A stretch of DNA of 64,000 nt from Chloroflexota bacterium (lineage in GTDB: Bacteria > Chloroflexota > Limnocylindria > Limnocylindrales > CSP1-4), in assembly GCA_040755495.1 (NCBI GenBank), contig JBFMAT010000001.1:101009-165008 (forward strand), written 5' to 3'. Below the pieces are notes generated by a model. It had not been told where the DNA came from. It saw only the letters and a list, made by a program, of their open reading frames with translations, and did not search any database. Positions 34,504 to 43,544 of this stretch are shown here, one piece after another; positions within the stretch are counted from its first letter, which is position 1; every line of letters begins with the position of its first letter. The position numbers were made by a program, and so were the translations under genes.

Positions 34504-34878
34504 TCACGGCAGCAGCCTCCCCACGGCGAGCCCGCCCAGGACGGCGACCATGCCCAGCACCACCGACCCGGCGAGGTTCGCGACCGCCAGCACCCAGGCG
34601 CCGTCCTCGATCAGCCGCCACGACTCCAGCATGAACGTGCTGAACGTGGTGTACGCACCCAGGAACCCGATCATCAGGGGCGCCCGGACCTCCGCGGGCA
34701 GGACGTTGCGCTCGATCACCCACGCGAACAGCACCCCCAGCAGGAACGTGCCGGTGAGGTTGACGACGAGGGTGCCGACCGGGAACGCGGTCGGATTGCG
34801 CTCGCTCAGCCAGCCGTCGACGGCCCAGCGGGCGACGGCGCCCGCGAAGCCGCCGAGGCCGACCAGCACCAGCTGCAC
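34504..34878 (-). CDS. crcB: Fluoride efflux channel CrcB/FEX
   Basis: Last 124 codons of artefactual ORF 34504..36207, with GTG at 34878. Contains GGFAGAVARW...FPVGTLVVNLTGTFLLG...GFLGAYTTFSTF. Confidence 0.8.
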   Translation of the reverse strand: MQLVLVGLGGFAGAVARWAVDGWLSERNPTAFPVGTLVVNLTGTFLLGVLFAWVIERNVLPAEVRAPLMIGFLGAYTTFSTFMLESWRLIEDGAWVLAVANLAGSVVLGMVAVLGGLAVGRLLP

Positions 34879-34892
34879 GTCGAGCGTCCGCG

Positions 34893-35672
34893 TCAGTCGA
34901 TGGACGGGACGCCGAGGATGTTGAACCCGCCGTCCACGTACACGACCTCGCCGGTGACCGCCGACGACAGGTCGGAGGCGAGGTAGACGGCCGTCTTGCC
35001 CACGTCCTCGATCGTGATGTGGGCGCGCAGCGGGGCGATCTCGTCGAACGGGCCGTAGAGCTTGCGGAAGCCGGCGATTCCGCCCGCGGACAGGGTCCGG
35101 ATCGGGCCCGCGGAGATCGCGTTGACCCGGATCCCGTCCGGCCCGAGGTCGGCGGCCAGGTAGCGCACCGACGCCTCGAGCGCCGCCTTGGCCACGCCCA
35201 TGACGTTGTAGTGGGTCACGACCTTCTCGGCGCCGTAGTAGGACAGCGTCATGATCGAGCCGCCGCGGTGGAGGTACGGCCGCGCCTCGCGCGCGAGCGC
35301 CACCAGCGAGTACGCGGACACGTCGAGCGCGAGCGCGAACCCGTCGCGGCTGGTGTCCACGAACGAGCCGTCGAGGTCCTCGCGCTTCGCGTAGGCCACC
35401 GCGTGGACGAGGATGTCGACCTCGCCGTGGGCGGCCGCCCACTTCGCGAGCACGGCCCGGATCTCGTCGTCCGACTGGAGGTCGGCAGGCTCGACGAAGG
35501 TGCTGCCGATGGACTCCGCCAGCGGGCGGACCCGCCGCTCGATGAGGCTCTCGACGGAGCTGAAGCCGACGACCGCGCCCTGGTCGTGGAACGCCTTCGC
35601 GATCCCCCAGGCGATCGAGTGGTCGTTCGCGACCCCGAACACGAGCGCCTTGCGCCCCTCGAGCAATCCCAT
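34893..35672 (-). CDS. fabI: Enoyl-[acyl-carrier-protein] reductase (NADH)
   Basis: ORF 34893..35672. Contains GKKALVFGVAN-type N-terminus (RKALVFGVANDHSIAWGIA), ...MGVAKAALEASVRYLA... and ...NAISAGPIRTL. Confidence 0.9.
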   Translation of the reverse strand: MGLLEGRKALVFGVANDHSIAWGIAKAFHDQGAVVGFSSVESLIERRVRPLAESIGSTFVEPADLQSDDEIRAVLAKWAAAHGEVDILVHAVAYAKREDLDGSFVDTSRDGFALALDVSAYSLVALAREARPYLHRGGSIMTLSYYGAEKVVTHYNVMGVAKAALEASVRYLAADLGPDGIRVNAISAGPIRTLSAGGIAGFRKLYGPFDEIAPLRAHITIEDVGKTAVYLASDLSSAVTGEVVYVDGGFNILGVPSID

Positions 35673-35703
35673 CCGCCGTTCCTCCTCCGATTACGCTGTG
35701 CGC

Positions 35704-36588
35704 ATGATGCCCGAGCCGGTCCGATCCGACGACGCCCTGCGTGCAGCCCTGCACGGGGTGCGCGGCCTGCTGCTGGACCTGGACGGGGTGCTGGTGCTGG
35801 CCGGCAAGGCCGTCCCGGGCGCCCCCGAGGCGCTCGCCGAGCTGGACCGGCGCGGCGTCCCGTACCTGGTCGTGACCAACACCTCGCTGGTCTCGCGCGC
35901 GTCGCTCGCCCGCTGGGGTGCGAGTATCGGCTACGCCACCCCGCCGGACCGCTTCCAGTCCGCGCTGTCGGCGTCGGCGGAGCTGGTGCGCCGGGAGTAC
36001 GGCGACCGGCCGGTGTACGTGATCAGCTCCGATGACGCCCGGCGCGAGTTCGAGGGGCTCAACGTGGTCGACGGGGCCGCCGCGGACGCCGCGCCGGCCG
36101 AGGTGGCGGCGGTGGTCCTGGGTGACTCGCCGGACCAGCTGACCAAGGACAACCTGGACCGCGCGTTCCGGCTGGTGCGGGGCGGGGCGGCGCTCATCGG
36201 GATGCACCGCAACGCCTGGTGGATCACGCCCGCCGGCCCCACGCTGGACGCCGGCGCCTTCCTCGTGGCGCTCGAGTGGGCGACGACGCGGCGGGCCCGC
36301 ATCGTGGGCAAGCCGTCACCGGCGTTCTTCCGCGTCGCCATCGAGCGGCTGGCGCGCGAGGCGGCCGCGCGCGGGGAGCCGCGACTCCGGCGCCGGGACC
36401 TCGTGATGGTCGGCGACGACGTGGGCTCGGACATCGGCGGGGGGCGGCGGGCGGGCCTCCGGACGGTGTTCGTCCGGACGGGCAAGCACGGCGACACGGA
36501 GCTGGCGGCCGCGGCCTCGGGCGCGCGCGGCTACCGCCCGGACGCGGTCGCGCCCTCGATCGCGGAGGTCGTGGCGGCCCTGGGCTGA
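35704..36588 (+). CDS. HAD-superfamily hydrolase, subfamily IIA
   Basis: ORF 35413..36588 trimmed to the ATG at 35704. Contains LLLDLDGVL (motif I), VVTNTS (motif II), GKPSP and MVGDDVGSDIGGG (motifs III/IV). Confidence 0.75.
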   Translation: MMPEPVRSDDALRAALHGVRGLLLDLDGVLVLAGKAVPGAPEALAELDRRGVPYLVVTNTSLVSRASLARWGASIGYATPPDRFQSALSASAELVRREYGDRPVYVISSDDARREFEGLNVVDGAAADAAPAEVAAVVLGDSPDQLTKDNLDRAFRLVRGGAALIGMHRNAWWITPAGPTLDAGAFLVALEWATTRRARIVGKPSPAFFRVAIERLAREAAARGEPRLRRRDLVMVGDDVGSDIGGGRRAGLRTVFVRTGKHGDTELAAAASGARGYRPDAVAPSIAEVVAALG

Positions 36589-36639
36589 GGCGTGTACCCG
36601 CGCTCGTTCGATGCCGGACGCGTCATCAGGACGCACGCG

Positions 36640-38250
36640 TCACCCGGACGGGCGCGTCACCCGGACGTCGTCGACGCCCGCCTCGATCGTCGAGGAGGTC
36701 GCCGCGTCCAGGGCCTCGAACCGGATCCGGATCGTCTGCCCGGCCCACGCGTCCAGCGAGACCGAGGCGGCACGCCAGGCCCCGGCGAGCAGCACCCGCC
36801 GGCCGGTCCGCTCCCAGACCACGGTCCGCGTGCCGTCCTGCGCCTCGACGATCGCCCGCAGGTGATCCGCCGCGGTCGCGTTCGCCCGGTGCGCCCACAG
36901 GAAGCGGAAGCTCAGCGTCTGGCCGAGGCCGGCCGGGAGCCGGATCGGGGCCGAGCGGACCGTGGTCCGGCCGTCGAGGTCGTAGGCGGTCGCCCTCGAG
37001 CCCGCCGGCGACCCCGTCACGAGCGCGGCCCGCCCGGAGGGCACCCCGGCCGGCTGGAGCGTGACCCCGTCGGCGGTCGTGCGCGACGGGTCGCCGCGGG
37101 TCCAGCGCGCGGTGGACGGCGCCGTGTCGGTCCCGTCCGGGTCCACGACCCAGCCCCGCGCCACCTCGAGGTCGTCGTCGAACGCGCCACACCGGGCGTC
37201 CCGGACGGCCGTCCCGAGCACGGCCAGCGGGCACCACGCGCGCTCCGCGAGCAGCAGCACCGCCTCCCTGTTGCGGCCCGTCTCGCCCGGGATCGCCGAG
37301 TCACCCGGGTAGTCCGCCTTCGACAGCTCGATCGTGAACGCGAAGATCCGGTACCGACCGTACTGGTAGTCCGCGCTCGTCCCCGACGCGACGTACAGGT
37401 CGCTGCCCTGCTGCGCGACGTAGCCGTTGGAGGCGGCCATCGCCCGGCCGATCCGCAGCATCGTGGTGCGGTCCTGGTCGGTCATGTCGGGGGGCACGTT
37501 GACCAGCGTGTGCGAGTAGGGCCACATCACCAGCCGGCCGTACTCGTGGAACGAGATCGAGGCCCGGATCTGCTGCCGGCCGTCCACTACCCGCGAGGCG
37601 AGGAAGTCGCGCATCGCCCGGGTCTCGGGGGCCGAGAACGGCGCCCTGCCCCGGAACCTGGAGTTGGCCGGGTTGCTGCTCGAGCCCGGGCCGCCCCACC
37701 GGTAGCCGTAGTTGCGGTTGAGGTCCGTGCCCACGTACGGCGTCCCCGCGGTGGGCTGCCGGTTGCGGCGCCAGTTGCGGAGCCTGCCGCTTGCGTAGTC
37801 GTACGCCTGCCCGTCGGGGTTGACGGCGAACACGATCCAGACCTCGCGCTCGTCCACGATGCCCGTGATCCGGGCGTCGCTGCCGTAGCCCTCGGCCAGC
37901 CAGTGGAGGATCCGCAGCGTCATCTCGAGGCCCATCGGCTCGTTGCCGTGGTGCAGGCCGTCGTACAGGACCTCGGGTTCCGGCTCGTCGATCGCGACGT
38001 TGTCGCTGACCTTGGCCACCCACAGCGTTCGCCCCCGGTAGCTGGTGCCGATGGACGACAGCCGGACGATGCCCGGGTGGGCCGCCGCGACCGCCTGGAT
38101 GTCCGCGACCATCTCGGCGTAGGTGTGGAAGCCCGTGTAGCCTGCGGGATAGTCCGTCGCGGCGAGAGCCGACCCGGGGGCCGCCGGGAGCGCCACGGCG
38201 AGGGCCAGCGCGGCGGCGGCGAGGGATCGGCGCCGGCGGGGCAGGCGCAT
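36640..38250 (-). CDS. Secreted M14-family zinc carboxypeptidase, paralog 1
   Basis: ORF 36640..38250. Signal peptide present. Contains GLHHGNEPMG (HxxE), DLNRNYGYRWG and SFHEYG, plus a C-terminal ~190-aa beta-rich domain. Confidence 0.8.
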   Translation of the reverse strand: MRLPRRRRSLAAAALALAVALPAAPGSALAATDYPAGYTGFHTYAEMVADIQAVAAAHPGIVRLSSIGTSYRGRTLWVAKVSDNVAIDEPEPEVLYDGLHHGNEPMGLEMTLRILHWLAEGYGSDARITGIVDEREVWIVFAVNPDGQAYDYASGRLRNWRRNRQPTAGTPYVGTDLNRNYGYRWGGPGSSSNPANSRFRGRAPFSAPETRAMRDFLASRVVDGRQQIRASISFHEYGRLVMWPYSHTLVNVPPDMTDQDRTTMLRIGRAMAASNGYVAQQGSDLYVASGTSADYQYGRYRIFAFTIELSKADYPGDSAIPGETGRNREAVLLLAERAWCPLAVLGTAVRDARCGAFDDDLEVARGWVVDPDGTDTAPSTARWTRGDPSRTTADGVTLQPAGVPSGRAALVTGSPAGSRATAYDLDGRTTVRSAPIRLPAGLGQTLSFRFLWAHRANATAADHLRAIVEAQDGTRTVVWERTGRRVLLAGAWRAASVSLDAWAGQTIRIRFEALDAATSSTIEAGVDDVRVTRPSG

Positions 38251-38251
38251 G

Positions 38252-39859
38252 TCAGCCGGTCGGGCGCGTGACGCGGACGTCGTCCACGCCGGCCTCCACG
38301 AGCGAGGCGCCCGCGCCGTCCTCCGCCTCGAACCGGATCCGGATCGTCTGCCCGGCCCACGCGTCCAGCGGGATGGTCGCGGTCCGCCACGCGCCGGCGA
38401 GGAGGGCGGGCGTCCCGGTCCGCTGCCAGACCACGGTCGTCGTGCCGTCCTCCGCCTCCACGATCGCCCGCAGGTGGTCCGCGGCGGAGCCGTTCGGCGC
38501 GTGCGCCCACAGGAAGCGGAAGCTCAGCGACTGGCCGAGGCCGGCCGGGAGCCGGATCGGCGCCGAGCGGACGGTCGTGCGGCCGTCGAGGTCGTAGGCG
38601 GCGGCCGTGCTGCCCGCCGGCAGCCCGGTGACCAGGGCGGCCCGGCCGGACGGGGTCGTCGTGGGCTGGATCGTCCGTCCGGACGCGGCGGTGCCCTCCG
38701 GGTTGCCCCGCCGCCAGCGCGCGGTGGACGGCGCCGTGTCGGTCCCGTCCGGGTCCACGACCCAGCCCCGCGCCACCTCGAGGTCGTCGTCGAACGCGCC
38801 ACACCGGGCGTCCCGGACGGCCGTCCCGAGCACGGCCAGCGGGCACCACGCGCGCTCGGCGAGGTACAGCACGGCGTCCTTGTTGCGGCCCGTCTCGCCG
38901 GGGATTCGCCAGGCCCTGGGGTAGTCCACGTTCGAGAGCTCGAACGTGTAGGAGAAGATCCGGTACACGCCGTACTCGTAGTCGCGGGTGGTGCCGGAGG
39001 TGATGTACAGGTCGCTCGCCTGCTGCGGCCGGTACCCGTTGCTCGCCGCCATGTGCCGGCCGATCCTGGCCAGCGCGGCGCGGTCCTGCGCCGTCATGTC
39101 GCCCGGCACGTCGGCCTTCGTGTAGCCGTACGGCCACATCACCAGCCGGCCGTACTCGTGGAACGTGATCGCGACGCGGATCTGCTGCCGGCCGTCCACC
39201 ACGCGGCTGGCCAGGAAGTCGCGGAAGGCGCGCGTCTCGGGAGCCGAGAACGCCCGGGGCCCGCGGTACGTGATGGCCCGCGGGTTGGTGCTGGTCTTGC
39301 CGCCGCCGCCCCATCGGTAGCCGTAGTTGCGGTTGAGGTCGGTGCCGATCGCCGTCGTGCCCTCGTTGGGCTGGCGGTTCTTGCGCCAGTGGTGGAAGCG
39401 GCCGCCGCTGATGTCGAACTCGGCGCCGTCGGGGTTGACGGCGAACACGATCCAGACCTCGCGCGCGTTGACGATGTTCGTGATCCGGGCGTCGCTGCCG
39501 TAGCCGTCCGCGAGCCAGTGGAGGATCCGGAGCGTCATCTCCAGGCCCATGTGCTCGTCCGAGTGGTGGAGGCCGTCGTACAGGACCTCGGGCTCGGCCT
39601 CGTCGGTGACGACGTTGTCGCTGACCTTGGCCGCCCACAGCGTTCGCCCCCGGTAGCTGGTGCCGATCGACGTCAGCGCCACGATGTCGGCGTGGGCGGC
39701 CGCGACGGCGTGGATGTCCGCGACCATCTCGGCGTAGGTGTGGAAGCCCTCGTAGCCGGGCGGGAACTCGGTCGCGGCGCGTGACGGCGCGGCCGACACG
39801 ACCAGCAGGAGGGCGACCAGGGGGACGGCGGCGAGGCGGCGCAGGACGCGGCGGGCCAT
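38252..39859 (-). CDS. Secreted M14-family zinc carboxypeptidase, paralog 2
   Basis: Last 535 codons of artefactual ORF 38252..43687, with ATG at 39859 (MARRVLRRLAAVPLVALLLVVSAAPSRA). Contains HHSDEHMG, DLNRNYGYRWG and TFHEYG. Its stop codon lies 1 nt from the start of paralog 1. Confidence 0.8.
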   Translation of the reverse strand: MARRVLRRLAAVPLVALLLVVSAAPSRAATEFPPGYEGFHTYAEMVADIHAVAAAHADIVALTSIGTSYRGRTLWAAKVSDNVVTDEAEPEVLYDGLHHSDEHMGLEMTLRILHWLADGYGSDARITNIVNAREVWIVFAVNPDGAEFDISGGRFHHWRKNRQPNEGTTAIGTDLNRNYGYRWGGGGKTSTNPRAITYRGPRAFSAPETRAFRDFLASRVVDGRQQIRVAITFHEYGRLVMWPYGYTKADVPGDMTAQDRAALARIGRHMAASNGYRPQQASDLYITSGTTRDYEYGVYRIFSYTFELSNVDYPRAWRIPGETGRNKDAVLYLAERAWCPLAVLGTAVRDARCGAFDDDLEVARGWVVDPDGTDTAPSTARWRRGNPEGTAASGRTIQPTTTPSGRAALVTGLPAGSTAAAYDLDGRTTVRSAPIRLPAGLGQSLSFRFLWAHAPNGSAADHLRAIVEAEDGTTTVVWQRTGTPALLAGAWRTATIPLDAWAGQTIRIRFEAEDGAGASLVEAGVDDVRVTRPTG

Positions 39860-40060
39860 GGAGCCATGATGCGCCCCGGGGGGAAGCGCCGGCATGGCCC
39901 GTGGGTCACGGCCCGCGATGGGCCTTCCGTCGGGCCGGTCGGACGGGCCGAGTCGCCCTCCCGCCTGGTCGACCGGCCGCACTAGACTGGGCGGCAACGA
40001 CCGTCGTCGAGCCACGCCGGCGCGCCCACCACGCGCGCCGCGCCCCAACGGGAGCGCCAC

Positions 40061-41632
40061 ATGACCGCCGAGCGGATCAAGATCACGTACGCGACCCTCC
40101 GCGCCGACAACGAGGAGCTCCACGCGCTGTACGAGGCGGGCCTCGACAGGGCGAAGGCGCGCCTGGGCGCCTACCACCGCAACTACGTCGACGGCGCCGA
40201 GCGCGATGGCGACGGCACCTTCGAGGTCCGCTCGCCGATCGACTCCGAGATCCTCGTGGGCACCTTCGCGAAGGGAACCCGCACGGATGCCCAGGACGCG
40301 ATCTCGGCCGCGCGGCGCGCCCAGCCCGCGTGGTTCCGCCTGGGTTGGGAGAAGCGGCTCGCGATCCTGAAGCGCGCCGCGGAGCTCATCTCCGAGCGCC
40401 AGATGGAGTACGCGGGCCTGATGGCGATCGAGGTGGGCAAGACCCGGCTCGAGGCGCTGGGCGAGGTGGAGGAGGCCGCCGACCTGATCCGCTACTACGC
40501 GCGAACGGCCGAGGACAACGCGTTCTACGACCACCCGATGGACAACCTGGGCGACGCGACCGTCCACACCCGGACGATCCTGCGCCCCCACGGCGTGTTC
40601 GCCGTGATCAGCCCGTTCAACTTCCCGATGGCGCTCGCCGTCGGCCCGTCCTCGGCCGCGATGATGGCCGGCAACACGGTGGTGTTCAAGCCCGCCACGG
40701 TGTCCGCGATGACCGCGATCGCGATCAAGGAGGCGTACGTCGACGCCGGCGTGCCGGACGGCGTGTTCAACCTCGTGATGGGCCCCGGCGACACGGTGGG
40801 CGACGAGCTCCAGAAGAACCAGGGCATCGACGGGATCGTGTTCACGGGCTCGTACGAGGTCGGGTTCGAGCTGTTCCGCAACTTCTCCACGCGCTTCCCC
40901 CGGCCGTGCATCGTGGAGATGGGCGGCAAGAACCCGGCGATCGTGCTCCGCAGCGCCGACCTCGAGGAGGCGGCCGAGGGGATCATGCGCTCGGCGTTCG
41001 GGTTCGGCGGGCAGAAGTGCTCGGCCAACAGCCGGGTCTACGTGGAGCGGCCCGTCCACGACGAGCTCGTCCGGCTGCTGGTCGAGAAGACCGAGAAGCT
41101 GGTCGTCGGCGACCCGCTGCCGCGGACGGCGTTCCTCGGCCCGGTCATCGACGCGCGCGCCGTGGAGCGCTGGCAGCGAGCCGTGGACGAGGCGCGCCGC
41201 GACGGCGCCGTATTCACCGGCGGCGAGCAGCTGCGCGACGGCGCGCTGGCGCGCGGGTTCTACGTGGAGCCGACGGTCGTGGGCAAGCTGCCGGGCTCGC
41301 ACCGCCTGTTCCAGGACGAGCTGTTCGCGCCGTTCACCGCGGTCCACGCGGTGGATTCGCTGGACGAGGCGCTCCGCCTGGCGAACGACAACGTCTACGG
41401 GCTGACCGCGGGCGTGTACTCCGCGGACCAGGGCGAGATCACCCGCTTCCTCGAGGAGATCGAGGCGGGCGTGCTGTACGTCAACCGGCGGGCCGGGGCG
41501 ACGACGGGCGCCTGGCCGGGCGTGCAGGCGTTCGGCGGCTGGAAGGGCTCCGGCTCCACCGGCAAGGCCGGGCTGTCGATGTACTACGTCGCGCAGTTCC
41601 TGCGGGAGCAGAGCCACACCGTCGTGGACTGA
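40061..41632 (+). CDS. NAD(P)-dependent aldehyde dehydrogenase (GabD/PruA-like)
   Basis: ORF 40061..41632. Contains FNFPMA, ...VEMGGKNP..., ...FGFGGQKCSANSR (catalytic Cys). Confidence 0.85.
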   Translation: MTAERIKITYATLRADNEELHALYEAGLDRAKARLGAYHRNYVDGAERDGDGTFEVRSPIDSEILVGTFAKGTRTDAQDAISAARRAQPAWFRLGWEKRLAILKRAAELISERQMEYAGLMAIEVGKTRLEALGEVEEAADLIRYYARTAEDNAFYDHPMDNLGDATVHTRTILRPHGVFAVISPFNFPMALAVGPSSAAMMAGNTVVFKPATVSAMTAIAIKEAYVDAGVPDGVFNLVMGPGDTVGDELQKNQGIDGIVFTGSYEVGFELFRNFSTRFPRPCIVEMGGKNPAIVLRSADLEEAAEGIMRSAFGFGGQKCSANSRVYVERPVHDELVRLLVEKTEKLVVGDPLPRTAFLGPVIDARAVERWQRAVDEARRDGAVFTGGEQLRDGALARGFYVEPTVVGKLPGSHRLFQDELFAPFTAVHAVDSLDEALRLANDNVYGLTAGVYSADQGEITRFLEEIEAGVLYVNRRAGATTGAWPGVQAFGGWKGSGSTGKAGLSMYYVAQFLREQSHTVVD

Positions 41633-41896
41633 CGGCTGGACGGCGGCCGCGCCTGCCAGCTCGACGTTCGAGGCAACGGGACGTCCGCGCGGCCGCCAAC
41701 TCGGTTCCGGGGTGGCGTCGCGTGAGATCGCGCAAATCGCCCCGTCTGGAGGCTCGCGTCGGCCGACCGGGGTCCGAATGGCGCGAATCGCTGCGTGAGA
41801 TCGCGCACGCAACGCCGAGCGCGCCTCCGGGTGGCGCCTGCTGGTCCCCGATGGAGCGGTTTGGCCGATTCCACGCGACGCGGCCACGACCCGCGA

Positions 41897-42006
41897 GTCG
41901 CGCCGCGGGACGCCGTCGCGCCGCGGGACGCCGTCGCGCTGCGGAGGACCCGTCGCGCCGCAGGACCCCGTCGCGCCGCAGGGCCCCGTCGCGCCGCACG
42001 GGACCC
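41897..42006. repeat. Tandem repeat, six 18-19-nt units (GTCGCGCCGCGGGACGCC-like)
   Basis: Units at 41897-41914, 41915-41932 (identical to the first), 41933-41951, 41952-41969, 41970-41987 and 41988-42006. Intergenic; only Arg-rich artefact ORFs overlap it. Confidence 0.8.
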
Positions 42007-42053
42007 TGCCATCGAGGGGACCTTCGGGCCGTCGGCGGGCGGTGGGCGCTCTG

Positions 42054-42087
42054 CTATGCTCGTATTCAGTGTGCATAGGATCTATGC
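42054..42087 (+). promoter_or_regulatory. AT-richer candidate operator upstream of the aminotransferase gene
   Basis: CTATGC (42054-42059), 13 nt, then GCATAG-GAT-CTATGC (42073-42087, a 6-3-6 palindrome). Lies 35 nt upstream of GAGGAGG plus the GTG at 42122. Confidence 0.3.
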
Positions 42088-42121
42088 GTCCCGCCTGACA
42101 GGCTGAACCCGAGGAGGCCCC

Positions 42122-43480
42122 GTGTCGACCCCGCTCCAGGCGCGTCCCATCCCGGACATCGTGACCGAGCTGCCGGGTCCCAAGGCCCGCGCGCACATCG
42201 AGTTCGACCACGCCTGGACGAGTCCCAGCCTGCCGCGCGCGTACCCGATCGTGCCGCTGCGCGGCCTCGGCTGCGCGATCGAGGACATCGACGGCAACGT
42301 GTTCCTCGACTTCACGGCCGGCATCGCGGTCAACAGCACCGGCCACAGCCACCCCGACGTCGTGGCCGCGATCCAGCGCCAGGCGGCGGAGCTCCAGCAC
42401 TACAGCGCCAGCGACTTCTACCTGCCGATCTACGCGCAGGCCGCCGCGGAGCTCGCCCGGATCGCGCCGATGCGTGGGCCGACCAAGGTGTTCATCGGCA
42501 ACTCCGGAGCGGAGGCCGTGGAGGCCGGGCTCAAGCTCGCCCGCTACAAGACCCGGCGCCAGAACGTGATCGCGTTCCTGGGCGCGTTCCACGGCCGGAC
42601 GATGGGCGCCGTCAGCCTCACCGCGTCCAAGGCGAAGTACCACGCCCACTTCGGCCCCATGCTCCCCGGCGTCTACCACGTCCCGTTCGGCAACGAGGGC
42701 CTCGAGGAGATCGAGCAGCGGATCTTCAAGCGCCTGATGCCGGCCGACGAGTTCGCCGCGGTCATCGTGGAGCCGATCCAGGGCGAGGGCGGCTACATCG
42801 TCCCCGAGGACGACTTCCTGCCGCGGCTCCGCGACCTGTGCGACCGCCACGGGATCCTGCTGATCGCGGACGAGGTCCAGTCCGGCGCCGGCCGCACCGG
42901 CAAGATGTGGGCGATCCAGCACTGGGACGTGGAGCCGGACATGCTGCTCACGGCCAAGGGCATCGGCTCCGGCATGCCGGTGGGCGCGCTGATCGCGAAG
43001 TCGGAGCTCATGACCTGGGGCCCGGGCGCCCACGGCAGCACGTACGGCGGCAACCCCGTCGCGCTCGCCGCCCTGCTCGAGACGATCCGGCTGCTCGAGA
43101 ACGGCCTGATCGCCAACGCCGGCATCCGCGGCCGAGAGGTCCAGGACGGGCTGCACCCGCTGCTCTCGCGCTTCCCGAAGCTCGTCCGCGACGTCCGCGG
43201 CAAGGGCCTGATGATCGGCATCCAGTTCGACTCCGGGGACACGGCCGATGCCGTCCAGATGCAGGCCTTCGAGCGTGGCCTGCTGGTCCTCGAGGCCGGC
43301 GAGGACTGCGTCCGGATGTCGCCGCCGCTGGTCGTGTCCCAGGCCGAGGCCGCCACCGCGGTGCGCATCTTCACCGAGTCCGTGGCGCACGTGGCGGGTC
43401 ACCGCTTCGCGGACGTCGAGGAGGTCGAGGAGGAGCGCGAGGCCGGCCTGATCATCGAGGGCTTCGGCGCCGCCGGCTGA
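42122..43480 (+). CDS. Class-III aminotransferase (4-aminobutyrate aminotransferase-like)
   Basis: ORF 42122..43480 (GTG start, strong GAGGAGG). Contains FLDFTAGIAVNSTGHSHP, ...DEVQSGAGRTGKMW..., ...TAKGIGSGMP.... Confidence 0.85.
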   Translation: MSTPLQARPIPDIVTELPGPKARAHIEFDHAWTSPSLPRAYPIVPLRGLGCAIEDIDGNVFLDFTAGIAVNSTGHSHPDVVAAIQRQAAELQHYSASDFYLPIYAQAAAELARIAPMRGPTKVFIGNSGAEAVEAGLKLARYKTRRQNVIAFLGAFHGRTMGAVSLTASKAKYHAHFGPMLPGVYHVPFGNEGLEEIEQRIFKRLMPADEFAAVIVEPIQGEGGYIVPEDDFLPRLRDLCDRHGILLIADEVQSGAGRTGKMWAIQHWDVEPDMLLTAKGIGSGMPVGALIAKSELMTWGPGAHGSTYGGNPVALAALLETIRLLENGLIANAGIRGREVQDGLHPLLSRFPKLVRDVRGKGLMIGIQFDSGDTADAVQMQAFERGLLVLEAGEDCVRMSPPLVVSQAEAATAVRIFTESVAHVAGHRFADVEEVEEEREAGLIIEGFGAAG

Positions 43481-43544
43481 CCCCCGCCTCGGGCACACTT
43501 GGCGCGCCGGCCCGCGAGCCGGCGCCACGACCACAGGAGCAGGC

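Noticed and set aside
34879-34892. Fluoride riboswitch expected upstream of crcB.
   Set aside because: Only 14 nt separate crcB from fabI, which cannot hold the ~50-60-nt crcB motif.
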